From contig CP042461.1 in NCBI GenBank assembly GCA_004563595.2, forward strand, positions 1,230,001 to 1,262,000: a stretch of DNA of 32,000 bases, read 5' to 3'. The position numbers and the translations under genes are program-made. The stretch comes from Candidatus Saccharimonadota bacterium (GTDB lineage: Bacteria > Patescibacteriota > Gracilibacteria > BD1-5 > UBA6164). Below, in pieces: positions 26,789 through 32,000 of the stretch. The notes below the pieces were generated by a model that searched no databases, was not told where the DNA came from, and was given only the letters and a program-made list of their open reading frames with translations. Every line of letters begins with the position of its first letter. Position 1 is the first letter of the stretch.

Positions 26789-27421
26789 CTAAAGTATTCC
26801 ATTTTCACTAAAGCTAAAATAATCTCCTTTTGTAACTATTACATGATCTAGCAATTTAATACCTACTAACTCTGATACCTCTTTTAGCCTTTGAGTGACG
26901 ATTTTATCATTTTCACTTGGGTATGTGCTTCAAGATGGGTGATTATGAATAAGTACAATACTATTTGCCCTATCTTCAATTGCGGGAGAAAAAACTTCTC
27001 TTGGATGCACCAAACTCTGATTTAACAATCCTATTGTTATCACTTTTTGAGATATAAGTCTATTTGCTCAGTCAAGAGTGATACTTAATAAGTATTCTTG
27101 TTTTTTATTTCTATAATCTCGTACCAATCATAAAACATCATTTATTGACCCTACAATAATAGAATCTTTTATAAAGTATCTTTTTGCAAGTTCAAAAGCA
27201 CTTATTATTTGCATTGCTTTTACTGACCCAATGCCTTTTATATTCATTAAATCTTCTAATTCAATATTTTCTTGCTTCTTTTCTATCACTCTATTTACAA
27301 TCTTCGAAAGCTTAAATACATCTATTCACTTAATACCTGATCATAAAATAGTTGCAACTAATTCATATCATTCTAATTTTGCTGGTCAATACTGTAATAG
27401 CTTTTCTCTTGGCATCATCAT
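26789..27421 (-). CDS. radC: RadC-like JAB/MPN domain protein (210 aa)
   Basis: MMMPREKLLQYGPAKLEGYELVATILGSG...IKGIGSVKAMQIISAFEL (HhH region), then VHPREVFSPAI...SIVLIHNHPSGSTYPSENDKIVTQRL (JAMM motif). It ends at TAG 26789-26791. Any of the three consecutive ATGs could be the start. Confidence 0.85.
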
Positions 27422-27436
27422 TTTATATTTCAATTT

Positions 27437-28309
27437 TTATAACTCTAATTTTTCATTCGCTAATTTTACTATCAATGATTCGAGCTCACGAACTTTATTT
27501 TCAAGAAATTCGAGTTCATCCTTTTTGATCTTATAATGTTTCTTATAACGAGATGCAACATATGCTTTTCTTAACATCTCAAAATAAAATAGATCCTTTC
27601 ATATATGTAAATGAAACCATTCCGAGAATAATGGATGAAGAGTCTTTAATTTTGTATATAAAATGTCTAAGTCATGAGTTTTTGGCTTATATCAATTTTT
27701 CATTAATAAATATGAGGACATAAATCCTTCTGTAGCTTGATGTAAATAAAAAATAGCGTGTCTGTAACTTTTTCTCTTGAATGCGTTGTTGTAATCAATC
27801 AAAAATTCCTTTGCTCCATCAAAGTACCTATTGAAATCTTCTTTCTGAATTACTTCCTTCTCTATATAAGATATATGACGAGAAGATTGGAAACTACATT
27901 TATCAGTGTCATATAAAACAACCCCCTCCTTTAATATGTCTAGGTAAAAATAATTTAGCTCTTCTAATTTCCCATTAATATAACTTATATCCTCTACCAA
28001 TATATTTACATGTCAGCTCAACCACTTTTCATTTTTAATTTCAGATAATATTTTCCTAGACATATTCATATTCTTTTCCTGAGTAGGCTTTCTTGTAACA
28101 ATCAGTATTTCTATATCACTATTATATTCTAAAATAGTATCTCCCTCCTGTACCATATTTCTCTCTATAAAATCTCATCTTGCATATGCTCAAAATAAGA
28201 TAATCATCTCTATTGGGAGTTTATGCATGGAAACCTCTTTAATAATCTCCAAGATCTTATTAATTTCAGATTGCTTATATTCTGGTATATTTTTCATAGA
28301 AACTTTCAT
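27437..28309 (-). CDS. Fused nucleotidyltransferase (MNT/Pol-beta fold) - HEPN domain protein (290 aa)
   Basis: N-terminal half: MIILFGAYARGDF...EYNSDIEILIV (the GS-x-ARG and DxD/E nucleotidyltransferase motifs). C-terminal half: HAIFYLHQATEGFMSSYLLMKNGYKPKTHDLDILY...LRKAYVASRYKKHY (HEPN-like helices with a terminal R-Y box). Track ORF 27692..28000(-) is an in-frame fragment. The stop lies 16 nt upstream of the radC start. Confidence 0.7.
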
Positions 28310-28326
28310 GCTGATTTTAGTATTAA

Positions 28327-28398
28327 TATATACAGAATATATACAATATTATAAGTCTTGGACGGAAAGTCAATATAAAATATATACTTTTTATATAC
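28327..28398. promoter_or_regulatory. Four TATATAC boxes in two 11-bp-phased pairs within a divergent promoter region (candidate operator)
   Basis: tatatac occurs at 28327-28333, 28338-28344, 28381-28387 and 28392-28398. Confidence 0.3.
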
Positions 28399-28489
28399 AT
28401 AGATATTAATACCTTTATATAAGTAAATAAATATGGCTAAAATGACAAAACTCAATACACTGAAATAAACTATATTATTAAAAAAAAGG

Positions 28490-29290
28490 ATGGAAAAAAT
28501 AAAAAAGGTGTTAGAAAAAGTCTGATTAAGTCAAAATGAGATTAACGTATATTTAACGTCTCTCTCAATATGACAATCTACAGCTTCTATAATTTGACAA
28601 AAAATATGACTCAATAGATCCACGGCTAGATATACTTGCCAATCTCTTGTATCAAAAAGAATTATGAGCATGATACCCAAAAAAGACTATTATCTTTTTT
28701 CAGCTGAAGACCCAGAGAAACTTCTTAGTATACTGAACAAAGAATACTCTCTTATTGATAATAAAGTAAGGGATTTACAACAAATCATGTGAGATTTAAA
28801 ATGACTTATCAACCCACAGGCTAGTATCCCAAAAGTAAAATATTACCAAGGAGTGGATTGAGTAATTGAATTACTTGAAGATACCCTAGAAGAATGAAAA
28901 GAAATATATTGAGCTATAAAAATAGACAATAACATGAACCCTAAAATTAAAAAATACATAAAAGATACATATATACCTCTCAGGAAAAGCTCAAATTTTA
29001 ATTCATACTGACTATTCAATGATAATGATGAAACAAAAAGTTATAAGAAACTCGACAAAGAAATAAACAGGTTTTCAATGTTAGTACCAGAAGAGTTTTT
29101 TCCTTTTCCTGCCTCATTTCATATATACTGAAATAAAGTCTCTTTTTATTCTTTCTATGAAAATGAAATAACTTGAATTATTATTGAGAATCAACATATA
29201 CACGACACTCAACTTTCAATGTTTAAACTATGATGGGAGATGGCAAAACAATATTCCATAAATAATGAGTATAAAAATATTAATTTATAA
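28490..29290 (+). CDS. TrmB-family helix-turn-helix transcriptional regulator (266 aa)
   Basis: MEKIKKVLEKVGLSQNEINVYLTSLSIGQSTASIIGQKIGLNRSTARYTCQSLVSKRIM matches the TrmB N-terminal wHTH pattern (L..lGLs..Ea.vYl.LL..G..ta.eia...g+.rs.vY..l..L). aagga lies immediately 5' of the ATG. Confidence 0.65.
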
Positions 29291-30551
29291 TAGGCTCTAA
29301 TGCAATATAGTATTTTGTTTTACTGGAAAATATTTTCCTAATGCAATAACCCTTTTTTAAGTACTTATCGATAATACTTAAATCATTTTTTTCTAAAGTT
29401 ACAAATTTAACTTCATCGTTACCTTGTGATACTTGCTCTACTTCTCATGAAGGTAAGCAATACTGCATTAGTTGTTCTAAGGATATATCTTTAGTTATAT
29501 TCTGCATATTAGGGTCCAGAACTAACTCTAACATTTGCTCTGTAGTTGGAATTCATTGAACCTCTCAACCAATAGATACTCAAACATATCACATATTATT
29601 AATGTAAATTTCCATAGGCAAAGAACCAAGAACCGATAACAATTTAGCCTTTTTTCAATCAACCATATTTAATCAATATGCCTGCATTAAAGCAGCAAGT
29701 CAAAAACCAGACTGGTATTTTTCATCAATATAAATGGTCCATATATGCGGAACTCCATCATCACACTCTTCAACAAACAAAGTACTCATCAATTCATTTG
29801 AACGATCTTTCATAAACAAAAATTTTCATTGACTTAACATGAAGTTTGAAAATGTTGCTTTTAATACAACTTTTGATATATCACTTTTCCTTCTTATGTA
29901 AGACTCTGTAATCATAGATGATAATTTTTCACTCTCTTTATCTCAAAATAAATCTGGATACAAAAAATTCTCGTCATTTTTTATTTTTTCGAGACATGGA
30001 TCATGAATTATATCTCATCAATTTAATACAAAAAATTTAAGTCCATATATATTTTCGTTAAATTCATCCATACTCACTACTTCTGTTGTCTGATTTTGAA
30101 TAGATATTTGTTTTATCAAAAGTCATCCACCAACTACATCTGTTGAATATTTTTCACTAATCATTAATTGTTTTCAATCTTCAATGCATCTAAAAATTTC
30201 CGCTAATAATTGTTTTATTCTTCTCGTCACAATATTTGATGCTCTTAAAAAATCTCATCAATTGTTACTGTCATTTATTATTAAATTAATTAAATTATTT
30301 ATTGCGGCTATCCCCCCCTCATAACCATCATGACTTGATATTTCATTCATTATTGCTGGAACTTGATTACGGTAAAACTTCGAGTTTTTTAGATGTGGTA
30401 AAATATCGTTTCATAATACCTCTTTATTTCTTACTACAAGATTAATAGTAGTAGATAACTTATCAATGACAGCATTCACGTGAGAATGAACAAAACCTAG
30501 TCCATCTGAGATATCTTGACTTTTAAGTGATTCAATAGTTAACTCATTCAT
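29280..30551 (-). CDS. Hypothetical protein (423 aa) with a possible C-terminal GNAT-like acetyltransferase fold
   Basis: The frame is open from ATG 30551 to TAA 29280-29282 with TGA=Gly. IWTIYIDEKYQSGFGLAALMQAYGLNMVDGKKAKLLSVLGSLPMEIYINNMGYV resembles GNAT motif A (Q/R-x-x-G-x-G/A ... Y...GF). The N-terminal two thirds is unrecognised. The 3' end overlaps the trmB-like gene by 11 nt (convergent). Confidence 0.45.
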
Positions 30552-30716
30552 CTTAATATGCATAATAATGAAATATTAGATAAGTGATTCTAATGTAATT
30601 CTGTTAATAATCAACCTTTGAATATACCATAACTGGTGACTAACGATAGTTACCATCATATTTTACCTATTTTAAAGCAATAAATGTGGTATATAATTAA
30701 AGACTGGTAATTATCT

Positions 30717-30744
30717 TTGACTATAATCCATTTTTGTTTACTAT
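30717..30744 (+). promoter_or_regulatory. Candidate promoter TTGACT-N16-TACTAT facing the hairpin pair
   Basis: ttgact is at 30717-30722 and tactat at 30739-30744. The -35 hexamer and 16-nt spacer match the four rRNA/tRNA promoters. Confidence 0.35.
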
Positions 30745-30751
30745 ATATTTA

Positions 30752-30905
30752 ATATCAAAAAGAAAGTTTTTGGTGTTGAATTAAGTCCATTTATTTCACA
30801 AAAGGAGGATGAAGTAAATGGACTTAACCAATAAAGGAGCAAAAAGACAGTTGTACTTACCCTGAAGGAGGAACAGGGTAGATACAACTGTCTTTTTCGT
30901 TCTTA
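30752..30905 (+). ncRNA. Candidate ~150-nt sRNA: two long hairpins, each with AAGGAGGA in the loop, plus a third AAGGAG in the linker
   Basis: Hairpin 1: ttaagtccattta (30781-30793) / taaatggacttaa (30815-30827), with loop ...acaaaaggaggatgaag. Linker: ccaataaaggagc. Hairpin 2: aaaaagacagttgta (30841-30855) / tacaactgtcttttt (30883-30897), with inner taccctg-aaggaggaa-cagggta, followed by cgttcttattttttt. Confidence 0.35.
30841..30897. terminator. Bidirectional terminator hairpin (terminates prfA on the minus strand and the candidate sRNA on the plus strand)
   Basis: A 15-bp outer stem plus a 7-bp inner stem, bracketed by A5/T5. It lies 14 nt beyond the prfA stop codon. Confidence 0.7.
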
Positions 30906-30910
30906 TTTTT

Positions 30911-31990
30911 TTATACTTGACCTTTTCATGCAGATTCAAGCTTCGCTTGTTGATCAGCTACTGCACAAGCATCAATGATCGGAGCGAGTTTTCATAACAT
31001 TATATGAGGTATTCATGAGAAATTTTGTCAGATCCTATGATCTGTAACCCTATCTTGAGGGAAATTATAAGTTCTGATTTTTTCTGACCTATCTCATGAT
31101 CATACTTGAGACTGTCTTGCTTCTCAGAGTTCTTTTGCTCTTTGCTCTTCGGCTAAAGTGTATAATTTTGACCTCATAATAGCAAAAGCTTTATCTCTAT
31201 TTTTATGCTGACTTCTCCCATCTGAACATAAAACGATAATTCCAGTAGGAAGATGCTTTAAATGGACTGCAGAATCTGCCTTGTTTGCATGTTGTCATCC
31301 AGGACCTCATGATCTCGTAAACTTCATTTCAATTTCATCCATATTCAAAACTACATCAAGCTCATCTACTTCTGGCATAATTGCAACTGTAATTGCTGAA
31401 GTATGGACTCTTCATTTATTTTCTGTTTCTGGAATTCTTTGAACTCTATGTACCCCTGATTCATATTTAAACCTTGAATATGCTCATTCTCATTTAATTT
31501 CAAATACCATTTCTTTTACCCCTCACGCTTCACTGATATTTTGCTCAACTATTTCAATTTTATATCCTTCTCCTTCAGCAAAAATAATATATGCCCTCGA
31601 TAATTCTCATGCGAATAGTGCTGCTTCATCTCACCCTGTACCAGCCCTGAGCTCAACCATAATATTTTTTTCATCGTTTGGGTCTTTTGGTAACAATTCT
31701 AGCTTTAAACGCTCTTCCATTTCAGGGATTTGATCTTCAATTTCTTTGATTTCTTCTTTTAACATATCTTTCATTTCAGTATCTTTTTCAGAACTGAGCA
31801 TTTCTTTATTCTCTATTAATGATTCATTAGCATTTTTATATTCTTTATATAAATTTACAGCTCATTCAATTGCTTTTTTTCTTGTAGCAACCTCTCTTAT
31901 TTTTTTTTGATCTTTAAAAATATTAGGATCTCCTAATTTATTCTCCAACTCTTTATATTCAGCTACCAAATTATCTAAATTGAATTTCAT
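30911..31990 (-). CDS. prfA: Peptide chain release factor 1 (359 aa)
   Basis: [25 protein letters not shown]...[19 protein letters not shown]...[29 protein letters not shown] (the PxT tripeptide identifies RF1)...[26 protein letters not shown]...[28 protein letters not shown]. The second G of GGQ is encoded by TGA at 31295-31297. Confidence 0.93.
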
Positions 31991-32000
31991 TTACTTTTAT

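Noticed and set aside
28433-28468. 11-codon ORF atggctaaaatgacaaaactcaatacactgaaataa upstream of the TrmB-like gene
   Set aside because: It is too short, has no supporting signal, and lies within a promoter region.
30806-30990. Small ORFs in the hairpin region (atg-aag-taa at 30808; atggacttaacc... at 30818)
   Set aside because: The first has two codons with an SD abutting the ATG. The second runs antisense through the prfA 3' end and through the terminator stem, with no coding signature.

Overview
Low-GC (~30%), gene-dense bacterial chromosome fragment that is only readable if UGA is a sense codon. In-frame TGA falls on invariant Gly positions: the GGQ motif of RF1, the GyrB ATPase loop, and the Gly before the radical-SAM Cys triad. 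This is genetic code 25 (UGA=Gly), which points to a Gracilibacteria/Absconditabacteria-type member of the Candidate Phyla Radiation. The supplied standard-code ORF track is therefore fragmented, and many of its ORFs are antisense or intra-rRNA artefacts. Hand re-translation gives 25 CDS. There is one complete minus-strand rRNA operon, read in the order promoter, tRNA-Asn, tRNA-Ser, tRNA-Ser, tRNA-Ile2/Met, three tandem promoters, 16S, 23S, 5S, tRNA-Arg, tRNA-Val, terminator. Recognisable genes are gyrB, prfA, ybeY, lspA, secG, mtaB-like, an rnhB-queH fusion, radC, AMMECR1, ferredoxin, a type IV pilin, an orphan family-5 solute-binding protein and a TrmB-like regulator. Points worth a second look: (1) a >1695-aa secreted surface protein with near-identical 303-bp tandem repeats; (2) a compact PrgI / VirB4-N-domain-only / T4SS-pilin cluster with no ATPase; (3) an lspA whose catalytic-Asp codon is TGA; (4) a fused nucleotidyltransferase-HEPN gene upstream of radC; (5) two candidate structured RNAs, one showing AAGGAGGA in two hairpin loops; (6) a 16S tail with an altered anti-SD. 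No CRISPR array, transposase, integrase or prophage was seen. All coordinates were counted by hand; RNA ends are accurate to a few nt.
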